Assembly (NCBI GenBank): GCA_963733055.1
Contig: CAVTBR010000001.1
Location: 790,925-854,924 of the forward strand
Direction of reading: 5' to 3'
Length of the DNA: 64,000 nt
Source: Candidatus Bathyarchaeota archaeon
GTDB lineage: Archaea; Thermoproteota; Bathyarchaeia; 40CM-2-53-6
This document shows positions 9,793 through 18,213 of the stretch, in pieces; the stretch's first letter is position 1, and every line of letters begins with the position of its first letter. Position numbers and translations under genes: made by a program. The notes beneath the pieces were generated by a model. The model was not told the DNA's origin. It did no database searches and saw only the letters and a list, made by a program, of their open reading frames with translations.

Positions 9793-10784
9793 AAGACGCC
9801 GCGGCCATCGTCGGTTTCAAAAACGGGTGGTTCATTCTCTTTGCATTTCTCCATCACCAATGGGCATCGGGGATGGAATTTGCAGCCTGTGGGCAGTTTC
9901 CTGAGGTCGGGGGCTTCACCCGTGGGAGCGGGTAGCGGTGGAGAATCAACAAAGCCGTGAGGTATTGCAGCGAAGAGTTTCTGAGTGTAAGGATGCGCGG
10001 GTGCGTTCAATATTCGCTCCGTACTGCCCTCCTCCATAACCCTCCCCGCGTACATCACGTATAATCTATCACAAATCTGTGAAGCGACCATCAAGTCGTG
10101 AGTGATGAACATCATAGCTGTTCCCGTTCGCCGATTCAAATCCTTCAGAATGTTCAATATCCTATTCTGAACATACACGTCCAGCCCAGTGGTCACCTCA
10201 TCCAATATCAGAAGCTTCGGTTTCTCCACAATGGCCATGGCTATCGAGACCCGTTGCCTCATCCCGCCCGAAAGTTCGTGGGGATATTTCTTCAGGACCC
10301 ACTCAGGTTTGTCGAGGCGCAAATCGTTGAGGATCTCCACCATCATTTTCCATTCTTCTTTCGCTGAGAGATTCAATTTCTGAGCTCGTTGAAGAACTTC
10401 AATCGATTCCTTAAGTTGTGAATCGGTTCTGTAGACCGGATTCAGGGCTGCCAGGGATTCTTGGAACACCATTCCTATCCCCGGCCCCCTAAATTGTGAG
10501 AGTTCGATATCGTTCAGTTTGAGCAAGTCTTTGTCTTCGAAAGTTACGGAACCGCCAATGATGTCCGCCGGGGGCGAGTCTAAAAGGCCGATTATCGACA
10601 ACCCGAGCGTTGTCTTCCCTGACCCGCTTTCGCCCACAACGCCTAGAATCTCCCCCTTCTTCACACGCAAAGAGACGTTCTGAAGTACGCGTACTCTTCG
10701 GTCGACAGTTGCATAGTCTAGAGTTAGATCGTTAACCTTCAGAAGATCAGGATCGGCAACGTCACCCGACTGCGTCAACCCCAT
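9768..10784 (-). CDS. ABC transporter ATP-binding protein (OppD/DppD-like)
   Basis: Walker A GESGSGKT, signature LSGGMRQR, Walker B LILDEVTT, and a Cys-rich C-terminal tail. Confidence 0.9.
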   Translation of the reverse strand: MGLTQSGDVADPDLLKVNDLTLDYATVDRRVRVLQNVSLRVKKGEILGVVGESGSGKTTLGLSIIGLLDSPPADIIGGSVTFEDKDLLKLNDIELSQFRGPGIGMVFQESLAALNPVYRTDSQLKESIEVLQRAQKLNLSAKEEWKMMVEILNDLRLDKPEWVLKKYPHELSGGMRQRVSIAMAIVEKPKLLILDEVTTGLDVYVQNRILNILKDLNRRTGTAMMFITHDLMVASQICDRLYVMYAGRVMEEGSTERILNAPAHPYTQKLFAAIPHGFVDSPPLPAPTGEAPDLRKLPTGCKFHPRCPLVMEKCKENEPPVFETDDGRGVLCWLLEKK

Positions 10785-11426
10785 AGAGGATTGAGGGCTG
10801 ATACTAATATGACATCCGCAAAATCAGGAAACTTCGCTAGACTCCAGAATCATCGACCGCAAGAAGGTCCTTTTGGGTTCAACATTCTTAGGGGCAGTTG
10901 TTTCGAGTAGTCAATTGCCGATCATCTTGATTTGTGCGAGCGGGAACGCACTGTGGTACAGTCCAGCCGCTATGTGAAAGCTCCAAGGATTTGGGTTAAG
11001 TCGCGTCTTACTGGTGGACCTCGCAGACCCTGGCGCTCAGTATTCTGGCGCGCACGCTTGGCGGGACCGAGGGGCTAGTTTTCTGGGGCTCATAGGTTGT
11101 GCGTGATTTTTTTTCGGCAACGTTTCATGCCGGAATATGTACCTATTCGCGCGCGGTCATGGTCATATCCCGCTGCGACTCGACGTGTCTGCCTTGTTTT
11201 CGGTGTGATCTGGCGGGGTTTCATGGCAATTGAGTTAAAGTATGTGTTTAATGGTTCAAGAAGTGGTTGATTTTGGTTTGTCGCTGTTTTCCTGCCCGGT
11301 TTTGACTCGAAAATCGCAGTTTTTCGTCAAGAAAACCCAGAAAACGAACAAGAATGCCGTAGTCTTGACTTATATGGTGGAATAAGGTAGAGAATGGTAG
11401 AGGAAGTATTTGGAGGAAGATTGGTC

Positions 11427-12668
11427 ATGCGAGTTCTAATAGTTGGTGCAGGCGCGATCGGATCCGTCATCGGTAAAATCCTACAAGCGCGTCCTGAATT
11501 CGAAGAAATCATCCTCGCCGACCTGAAGCAGGAAACCGCACAACGCATGATTGGAAATCTGAATGGTCCTGCCAAGCTGACCGCTATCGCCATGAATGCT
11601 AACAACATTGCCGACATGAAGAAAGTCATGAAGGACGTTCACGCCGATCTAGTAATCAACGCCACACTCCCACGCTTCTTCCTCAAAATCATGAGAGCAA
11701 CCCTGGAGAGCGGCGCGAACTACATGGACATGGCAACCGACATAGGCGTAGCAAACTCAAGAGCCGGCCACAGAGTCCACAAAGTACCCATCGATTACCA
11801 GCTGGAACAGGACGCCGCCTGGAAGAACGCTGGGTTAGCCGCGATGGTCTGCTGGGGCGCTGACCCAGGAGCGGTAAACGTATTCGCGCGTTACGCCGCT
11901 GATCAACTGGATTCGGTAGACCGCATCCTAATCAGGGACGGAGACAACGCCAGCACCGGAGGCTTCGACGGACTAGTCTCCCTATGGTCTCCCGACACGT
12001 TCATAGAAGAAGTCGCCTACGCCGACGCCCTCGTCTGGACCAACGGCCACTACGAGAGGGTACCTTCGCTCTCAAGAAGCGAGGTATGGGACTTCCCGCA
12101 GCCAATTGGAAAGTTACGAGTTTGGGCGGTTGATCACGAGGAACCGCAAACATTAGGCCGGTACATCAAATGCAACGAATGCAACTTCATGATATCCCTC
12201 AGCACCGAAACAGTCGAGACGATGAGAGTACTCAAGAAACTAGGCCTCGTCAACCCAGCCCCAATCAATGTTAAAGGGATCGAAGTCGCACCCCGCGACG
12301 TTGTAACCGCCTGTATGCCATCACCAAACGATCATCGACTTCAAAGCGGAACCAACGGCTACACATGCATAGGCAGCATGGTCATCGGCGAAAAAGCTGG
12401 AAAACGATACGGCCACTACATATACAACATGATGAGCCACGCCGAAGCCTACGCGAAATACGGCGTTACCGCAACAGCTTTGCAGACCGCCCTCCCGCCA
12501 GCCACCGCAGCAACCCTACTGGCCCGCGGGGAGATTAAGGAAAAAGGAGTATTCCCACCAGAAGCATTAGCCCCCAGCCCAATCATGAACGCCTTCACCG
12601 AACTCGGATTTCAATGGAAAGAAATTAGGAGAGAAGAAAAACCCCTTCTCCTTCCACTACTCGCCTAA
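11427..12668 (+). CDS. Saccharopine dehydrogenase family NAD(P)-binding protein
   Basis: MRVLIVGAGAIGSVIGKIL Rossmann N-terminus at ATG 11427. The track start at 11394 is probably too far upstream. Length and C-terminal domain fit the Sacchrp_dh family. Confidence 0.7.
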   Translation: MRVLIVGAGAIGSVIGKILQARPEFEEIILADLKQETAQRMIGNLNGPAKLTAIAMNANNIADMKKVMKDVHADLVINATLPRFFLKIMRATLESGANYMDMATDIGVANSRAGHRVHKVPIDYQLEQDAAWKNAGLAAMVCWGADPGAVNVFARYAADQLDSVDRILIRDGDNASTGGFDGLVSLWSPDTFIEEVAYADALVWTNGHYERVPSLSRSEVWDFPQPIGKLRVWAVDHEEPQTLGRYIKCNECNFMISLSTETVETMRVLKKLGLVNPAPINVKGIEVAPRDVVTACMPSPNDHRLQSGTNGYTCIGSMVIGEKAGKRYGHYIYNMMSHAEAYAKYGVTATALQTALPPATAATLLARGEIKEKGVFPPEALAPSPIMNAFTELGFQWKEIRREEKPLLLPLLA

Positions 12669-12742
12669 GATAAGAGACCGGGAAAGACCGTTAACGCTAA
12701 CCCGCACGTTTCTTCATCGCGACCTCTAAGACGCAATGCGGG

Positions 12743-13129
12743 ATGGGATACTCATTGAGAGGCGAAGTTTGGACCGTAGAGAGACATCTTCGCGAAAAGC
12801 CCGAGTCCGTCGTTCGGTTGTATCATATTTTCGCGGCGCTTGTTGAATCCTGCGGACCAGTCAAGTATTCTGTTTCGAAAACAGCAATCACCTTCAAGGG
12901 CGCGCGGAGAGGATTCGCAGGTGCCAAGCCGAGGATGCACTCCTTGGACGGCTACCTTGACCTACAAGATCGAATAGAGGACCCTCGGATTCTCCGCTCA
13001 TCACCCTATACCAAGAAGCTGTACGTCCATCAGTTCAGAGTCACGAATGTCGACCAGCTCGACGAGGAATTCACTTCGTGGGTCAGGAAGGCATACGAAG
13101 TGGGTGAAGGCAAACACTTGAACACCTAA
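12743..13129 (+). CDS. DUF5655-like protein
   Basis: 128 aa. The pattern ...KTAITFKGARRGFAG...YVHQFRVTNVDQLDEEFTSWVRKAY resembles DUF5655. Assignment is from memory only. Confidence 0.45.
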   Translation: MGYSLRGEVWTVERHLREKPESVVRLYHIFAALVESCGPVKYSVSKTAITFKGARRGFAGAKPRMHSLDGYLDLQDRIEDPRILRSSPYTKKLYVHQFRVTNVDQLDEEFTSWVRKAYEVGEGKHLNT

Positions 13130-13389
13130 GGAGTATGCGGGGTTGGGATTCGAACGCGAAAAAGGACATTAGCGCTATTTCATGCCCCTGTTTATCGGAG
13201 TTCGAAGAGCTACACAGACCCGTTTCGTGCGCGACTAACTCAACCGTAGTCTGAATTTGTGAAATGAACTCTATCCAGAGTTTTTCACCCCTCGAAAGGG
13301 GAGAGAAAAGGTCGGTTTATGGCTGATTATTGTTATTTTCAGTCATCTCTCATGCCTATATGGACGTGTATGTGTAAACATCTTGGTTA

Positions 13390-13554
13390 ATGATGGATAA
13401 GGTCGAAGGTGACGTCTGCCCAAGATGCGGGCAAAAGGCGTTGGACGTTTACTACGAGGAGGGTTCCGACCTTCAGCTGGGAGCCCATTGCGAGGAATGT
13501 GGGCTCAAAGGCTTCTTCACGAACGGTAAACTCGTACAGCTCGCCACAATGTAA
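13390..13554 (+). CDS. Small zinc-ribbon protein (54 aa)
   Basis: MMDKVEGDVCPRCGQKALDVYYEEGSDLQLGAHCEECGLKGFFTNGKLVQLATM, with two CxxC pairs. Followed 22 nt later by a hairpin plus T-run. Below the track cutoff; the listed ORF 13409..13606 is in another frame. Confidence 0.5.
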   Translation: MMDKVEGDVCPRCGQKALDVYYEEGSDLQLGAHCEECGLKGFFTNGKLVQLATM

Positions 13555-13576
13555 TACACCCAATTCCTCACTGAAA

Positions 13577-13600
13577 CCTCTCCTTCGGAGAGGATTTTTT
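13577..13600 (+). terminator. Hairpin plus T6 terminator-like element
   Basis: CCTCTCC-TTC-GGAGAGG (7-bp stem) followed by ATTTTTT. Confidence 0.45.
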
Positions 13601-13671
13601 CGATGAACGAATAGTCCACAACGCTGAAAAGTACCCGAAATCTGGTAAAGCTCAGTCGGATCTGAGCGCTA

Positions 13672-14295
13672 TTGGTTGGTCCTTCCTGGTTCTTTGGTTT
13701 CGACTCCTTGATGGAGTTCATTGCGTTCGTGATTGCGATCGCTGTCGCATACCAGGCCTTGAAGGGCTACAAGCTATCGAAGGAGAAGACTCTTCTCTAC
13801 CTTAATCTGAGCTTCGTTCTAATCGGGGCTGGGTTGCTGATCGACGGGCTCTCCAGCTTAATGGTTCTTCTCGCTCGTCTTCGCGGAGGGTCTCTGTATC
13901 TTTTTGGTGTCGGCTACTCGATCAACTTCCTCGCACAACTCCTTGCATACGGACTACTAGTGTACGCGTATATTCACCAGGCTAGGAACGTAGCCGCTTC
14001 GACAGCTGCGATGGCAGCTGTCCCGATACTGTTCTTCGAACGCAACGCCGTAACGGAACTTATCCTAGTCTTTCTCCTCGTCTACATCGCAATTCAAACC
14101 GCGATTAACTATAGCATAAACAAGAACACGAACTCAATGCTGGTCTTCGGCGCATTTGCCTCACTCTCAGTAGCCCACGTATTCTTTCTAATTTTCACCG
14201 TAGCCCCTATCTTCTTCCCGTTCGCTCAGATCGCGCAATTGTTTGGTTTCCTTCTATTGTTGGCCATGTTGCTTAGGGTGAATCAACCCGTATGA
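13672..14295 (+). CDS. Polytopic membrane protein of unknown function
   Basis: 207 aa with about 6 hydrophobic helices. Start uncertain (TTG 13672 or the internal Met). Confidence 0.55.
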   Translation: MVGPSWFFGFDSLMEFIAFVIAIAVAYQALKGYKLSKEKTLLYLNLSFVLIGAGLLIDGLSSLMVLLARLRGGSLYLFGVGYSINFLAQLLAYGLLVYAYIHQARNVAASTAAMAAVPILFFERNAVTELILVFLLVYIAIQTAINYSINKNTNSMLVFGAFASLSVAHVFFLIFTVAPIFFPFAQIAQLFGFLLLLAMLLRVNQPV

Positions 14296-14361
14296 TCCCG
14301 GACTGCGCAGAGCCAGGCCGCAAAGCCCACTGCAAAGTATCGATCCCAGTTCCGTATATAC

Positions 14362-14604
14362 GTGGACATCATGTTAGTAATTCAACGCGAGAACAATCAA
14401 GCCAAACCCACCCGAATCCTTTACGGGGCAAATCTTTCACATGACAGGCTGATCAAATATCTTGAAGAGCTCAAGGCGCTCGGTGTCATTCAGGAGACGG
14501 GAACCGACGATAAAATCTACAGCCTAACACAGAAAGGAATTGAATTCATGAACAACTTCAGAAGAGTCGAGTCTTTCGCTTCAGCGTTCGGGTTCAAGAT
14601 CTAG
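14362..14604 (+). CDS. Winged-helix DNA-binding protein (HTH_45/COG3432-like); 5' end probably damaged
   Basis: ...PTRILYGANLSHDRLIKYLEELKALGVIQE...YSLTQKGIEFM. The domain appears to begin upstream of the first in-frame start codon (see finding at 14292). Confidence 0.65.
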   Translation: MDIMLVIQRENNQAKPTRILYGANLSHDRLIKYLEELKALGVIQETGTDDKIYSLTQKGIEFMNNFRRVESFASAFGFKI

Positions 14605-15893
14605 ACAGTGCGTTTCGTCAAGTAAATGTATCCCGCCGCTACAACGACTACTACGAGACTCGGGACAATCGCGAGACCGATGAATGGAAGAACGATTAGC
14701 GAAATGGCCAAGGACGCTAATGGAAGGAAGAAGTTCATTCCACCCCGCTTCGGTCGACCAAGCAACTTCACTCCCGCAGCAGACCCCACCACGTAAAGAA
14801 GAATGAACGACCCGCTCGGGACCAAGATTGCCGTCGCCAAATCCATGTGCGAAAAATAGTATACGACAAGTACCATAACAAATGTGCCGACTAGTGCAAT
14901 CAGAATCCTGTCCGGGACTCCAGTCTTGGGATTAATGTGAGCTAACTCTCGCGGGAGTCCACCATCCCTTGCCACCGCAAACAACAGCCTTGACACGCCG
15001 GTCGTGTAAGCATTCACGGTCCCGAAAATTATGAAGACCGCAGCTAACGCCGTTCCCTCCCCAGCATACCTGCCCAGCACGTTTGACAAAATCGCAGCGA
15101 ACGGCGCCACGCTCCCACCCGCCTCATAAGCGCGAGTTCCAATCGTGACAAAGGCGACGGCTATCTGGAGAAAACTGACCAACAATACGCTTAGTACAAT
15201 GCTGCGATGAAAATCCTTCTTCGGATTCTCAAACTCCTCAGCCACGTTCGAAGTGTTCTCATACCCTATGTACGACCAGAAAATCAACGCCGCGGCCGTT
15301 CCCACCGCCAGAGGACCAGCAGAAAAAAATGGTTCAAAGTTTTGCGCCTTGACTAAGAAGGCAGACGACGCGATTGTCGCGACGAGTAACGCAACTATGG
15401 AGACTACAATTGCTAATTGAATCCTAGTGCTGATCACAATTCCCCTGTAATTTATCGCGAAAGCTGAAGCAACAATTCCGAACGCTATCAGGTAAGTCTC
15501 AGCACGGCTGAGGGGGAACGCGTAGCCGATGTAGGACGCCGCGATGAGGGTGACGGCAGGGGCGCCTGTAATTACGCAGAAAGCAAACAGCCACCCAACC
15601 ACCGCGCCCACTCGAAATCCGAAACCTTCCCTTGTGAATGCATAGATTCCTCCAGACTCAGGACGGCGCGCCGATAGGGACGCAAAGGTGTAGGCGAAGG
15701 GATAACTGGCAACTGAGAGAAGCACCCAGGCCAGCAGGGAGGCAGGGCCCGCGATTTTTGCCGTGAGCCCCGGGAGAACTAGTATGCCGGACCCTAGGAC
15801 AGAAGTTGCGTACAGCGCCACAGCGTGCCTTAATCGAATCGCCTTTCGTAGGTGGGCGTTCTGACTTGCATTCTGTGGTGTGCTCTCAGTCAA
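14601..15893 (-). CDS. APC-superfamily amino acid permease
   Basis: 430 aa with about 12 TM helices. Has the GSGILVLPG N-terminal motif typical of APC transporters. Confidence 0.85.
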   Translation of the reverse strand: MTESTPQNASQNAHLRKAIRLRHAVALYATSVLGSGILVLPGLTAKIAGPASLLAWVLLSVASYPFAYTFASLSARRPESGGIYAFTREGFGFRVGAVVGWLFAFCVITGAPAVTLIAASYIGYAFPLSRAETYLIAFGIVASAFAINYRGIVISTRIQLAIVVSIVALLVATIASSAFLVKAQNFEPFFSAGPLAVGTAAALIFWSYIGYENTSNVAEEFENPKKDFHRSIVLSVLLVSFLQIAVAFVTIGTRAYEAGGSVAPFAAILSNVLGRYAGEGTALAAVFIIFGTVNAYTTGVSRLLFAVARDGGLPRELAHINPKTGVPDRILIALVGTFVMVLVVYYFSHMDLATAILVPSGSFILLYVVGSAAGVKLLGRPKRGGMNFFLPLASLAISLIVLPFIGLAIVPSLVVVVVAAGYIYLTKRTV

Positions 15894-16019
15894 TCGCTGA
15901 CAAACCCCAGACTTTCCGATTAGCCAAGTAGCCCTCCCTTATTACGTCGAAGGCGTGGCACCATGGGTCTTCATCGACACAGCCCTGCCATTTTCGTAGC
16001 GACAGGACCACGCTTTGCT

Positions 16020-16045
16020 GAATGTATCACCCGGGTGATACATTC
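16020..16045. repeat. Perfect 26-nt palindrome GAATGTATCACCC|GGGTGATACATTC
   Basis: Read directly from the sequence. 13-nt arms with no spacer. Confidence 0.95.
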
Positions 16046-16062
16046 GCTCGTCAGCGCACGAA

Positions 16063-16102
16063 AGGGTGGGCCACACCCCCTCCAAAAGGGTGAGCCACAC
16101 CC
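16063..16102 (+). repeat. Dyad-motif block 1 (two copies of GGGTGRGCCACACCC)
   Basis: AGGGTGGGCCACACCCCC at 16063-16080 is identical to 17031-17048. A second copy, GGGTGAGCCACACCC, lies at 16088-16102. Confidence 0.9.
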
Positions 16103-16284
16103 ATTTCGGAAGGATTAGCGACGACGCTGTGGGCAAGTAGCGGAGCTGCCCAACCTGTTAAGTTGAAAGCGGCACCGCCTCTCCGGAAAAAGGTGCCGTT
16201 TTGCGCTCCTTTCAAGCTCAGAACGCATGAGAGGGTGGAATTTGAACCCTAATGATACACCCAGTTTTCGGATGCCATTTACCT

Positions 16285-16545
16285 CTATGGACCGTAGACT
16301 CGGCTTCGGTGGTCTATCTTTTCAACGAGCACTAGCCTGTCGCTGGTGAAAACTTCATACAGTATCCTATAATCGCCGACCCTTACTCTACAGACGCCCT
16401 CTCTGCCCTGAAGTTTCACTAGGCCTCTTGGAAAGGGGTCTTCGCCGAGTTCCTCTAACTTTGAGATGATTCTTCTCTTCATCGCGGATCCAAGTGAGTC
16501 TAGCTCACGGTCTGCCCTCTTTGAGAGCCTAACTTCATAAATCAA
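16285..16545 (-). CDS. relE: RelE/ParE family type II toxin
   Basis: 86 aa reading MIYEVRLSKRADRELDSL...GDYRILYEV...LVLVEKIDHRSRVY, a classic RelE/ParE pattern. Confidence 0.85.
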   Translation of the reverse strand: MIYEVRLSKRADRELDSLGSAMKRRIISKLEELGEDPFPRGLVKLQGREGVCRVRVGDYRILYEVFTSDRLVLVEKIDHRSRVYGP

Positions 16546-16730
16546 CGGGAGTTTTTAGCTCGAGCGAGGGGTACGGTCTTTCCTTCCTTCAGGTCTTGGT
16601 GTGCTTCCTCGAGTGCTAGAAGGTCGTCTCTGGAGGCGATTGCGTCGTACGCCTTTTCGAGAGCGCTGATTCGCCTCTTCATTTCGTGCATCTCCTCCTT
16701 CAATTCCCCATAGCTTGCTTTCATAGTCAA
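16542..16730 (-). CDS. Putative antitoxin partner of RelE
   Basis: 62-aa helical protein. It overlaps the toxin start by 4 nt. The C-terminal LLALEEAHQDLKEGKTVPL resembles RelB/ParD-type antitoxin tails. Confidence 0.6.
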   Translation of the reverse strand: MTMKASYGELKEEMHEMKRRISALEKAYDAIASRDDLLALEEAHQDLKEGKTVPLARAKNSR

Positions 16731-17006
16731 GGCATTCGTTCCTTGTCTCCTTTAACTCCTCCTTCGAATCTCCTGCACAAAGAAGGTCGAAAATCCCGAA
16801 AGTCGCCGAGCTCCTTGGCCTCAAATGCTTCGGTAATGCCAACTCGCACGTAGTCTCAGCCTGCTGATCTAGCCTAGATCGAATATTTTGACAAGTCGTG
16901 TTGCTCGCCTTGTTTCTGCATCCATACTCCGAAGTTCATGATTTTCCCAAGGAATGAGGATTCGACTTCTTAGGACCAAAACCAGTAGGGTTGAACTGAA
17001 AGCGCC

Positions 17007-17072
17007 GGGGTGGACCCCACCTCCCGTCGCAGGGTGGGCCACACCCCCTTTCAAAGGATGAGCCACATCCCC
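17007..17072 (+). repeat. Dyad-motif block 2 (three copies of the GGGTGRGCCACAYCC-like motif)
   Basis: GGGGTGGACCCCACCTCCC (17007-17025), AGGGTGGGCCACACCCCC (17031-17048) and GGATGAGCCACATCCCC (17056-17072). Confidence 0.9.
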
Positions 17073-17141
17073 AACGGCTGAAAGCAAACCGTGGTACTCA
17101 GAGTTACCTAAGCAAAAGGTACAATTCGGAGCACTGACGAT

Positions 17142-18098
17142 TTGAGCTGGTCAGGTCCAGCGCGCATGCCTAGATACTCGCACGTTATCCAAATTCAAGA
17201 GGCTGAGCCAAAAGGGAAACCGGATTGGCTGCGTGTGAGGGCTCCGTCGGGCGACAATTACGCGAAAATCAAAGACCTCCTACGAAATCATAACCTCCAC
17301 ACCGTCTGTGAGGAAGCTCACTGCCCGAACGTGGCTGAATGTTGGGGCGGAGGAACGGCCACATTCATGCTCATGGGCGACACATGTACCCGCGGCTGCC
17401 GGTTCTGCATGGTCAAGACAGGAAACCCTCATGGTACCCTGGATGCCCTTGAACCTGTGAAGGTTGCGGAAGCGATAGCGGACTTGGGCTTAAGGTATGT
17501 CGTGATAACTTCGGTTGATAGAGATGACATTCCAGACGGCGGGGCCGACCACTTCGCATCTACCATCAAAGCCATCAAACAGAGAGACCCCGAGGTAATC
17601 ACCGAGGTCCTCATTCCTGATTTCCAAGGCGACTTCGCAAGCGTGGACAAGGTGATCGAGGCGGGACCCGAAGTCATTGCGCATAACATCGAAACCACCG
17701 AACCATTAACGCCAAAAGTGCGAGACCCAAGGGCAACCTACGAACAGTCGCTTCGAGTTCTCAAGCACATCAAGGAGGTAGGCTCGTCAGTGTACTCGAA
17801 ATCATCCATTATGCTCGGCTTGGGCGAGATCGAGAGCGATGTCGTCAAGACGATGGAGGACTTGCGGCGAGTAGATGTCGACATCCTAACCCTCGGACAG
17901 TACCTTCGACCATCGAAGGGCCACATTCCAGTAAGCGAATACGTCAGCCCAGAGAGGTTCGAACACTACAAACATCTCGCCGACGACCTAGGATTCTTGT
18001 ACGTCGCCTCCGGCCCGTTCGTCAGGAGCTCATACAGAGCCGGGGAGTTCTTCGTCGAGGCGCTAATTCGTAAGAAGAAAATGGAAGTTGTCAGCTGA
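17142..18098 (+). CDS. lipA: Lipoyl synthase
   Basis: Radical-SAM CTRGCRFC motif plus the N-terminal CEEAHCPNVAEC cluster. An alternative ATG lies at 17166. Confidence 0.9.
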   Translation: MSWSGPARMPRYSHVIQIQEAEPKGKPDWLRVRAPSGDNYAKIKDLLRNHNLHTVCEEAHCPNVAECWGGGTATFMLMGDTCTRGCRFCMVKTGNPHGTLDALEPVKVAEAIADLGLRYVVITSVDRDDIPDGGADHFASTIKAIKQRDPEVITEVLIPDFQGDFASVDKVIEAGPEVIAHNIETTEPLTPKVRDPRATYEQSLRVLKHIKEVGSSVYSKSSIMLGLGEIESDVVKTMEDLRRVDVDILTLGQYLRPSKGHIPVSEYVSPERFEHYKHLADDLGFLYVASGPFVRSSYRAGEFFVEALIRKKKMEVVS

Positions 18099-18213
18099 GC
18101 TTTAACAAGCTTGACGCAAGCATCGTGTGAAACAGTCTAGTGTAAGAGCAAGCTTTACAAGCCCTAGTTCGGCTCTGCCTTCCGTTTCACGCAGCCTCAA
18201 TAGGGGTTAAGGT

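Noticed and set aside
11076-11345. 10-bp inverted repeat GTTTTCTGGG / CCCAGAAAAC, about 250 bp apart in the long intergenic region. It could mark MITE ends.
   Set aside because: Similarity does not extend beyond the 10-mer. Roughly 10-20 such pairs are expected by chance in a window of this size.
11327-11629. 100-aa minus-strand ORF across the start of the saccharopine-dehydrogenase-like gene. Many similar listed ORFs lie antisense to or out of frame within ilvD, leuA, ilvB, E1-beta, ade and other genes.
   Set aside because: They lie inside or opposite long ORFs with clear conserved motifs, and they have biased, low-complexity composition. They are treated as shadow ORFs.
13137-13160. Second GGGATTCGAAC-containing segment (GCGGGGTTGGGATTCGAACGCG) resembling a reverse-complemented tRNA 3' end.
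   Set aside because: The flanking bases cannot form a T-stem (TCGCG versus CCCAA) and no other tRNA arms are present. The ~14 kb between this and the other fragment is core metabolism, not an integrated element.
16555-16842. 95-aa ORF overlapping the RelE antitoxin in another frame.
   Set aside because: Its Arg/Ser-rich second half is the out-of-frame reading of the antitoxin gene. The 62-aa frame has the 4-nt overlap with relE expected for a TA pair.
16063-17072. Dyad-motif blocks as origin-recognition boxes (oriC) or integron attC sites.
   Set aside because: The motif does not resemble the ORB consensus sequences I know. No orc1/cdc6 or integron integrase is present, and no AT-rich unwinding element lies between the blocks.
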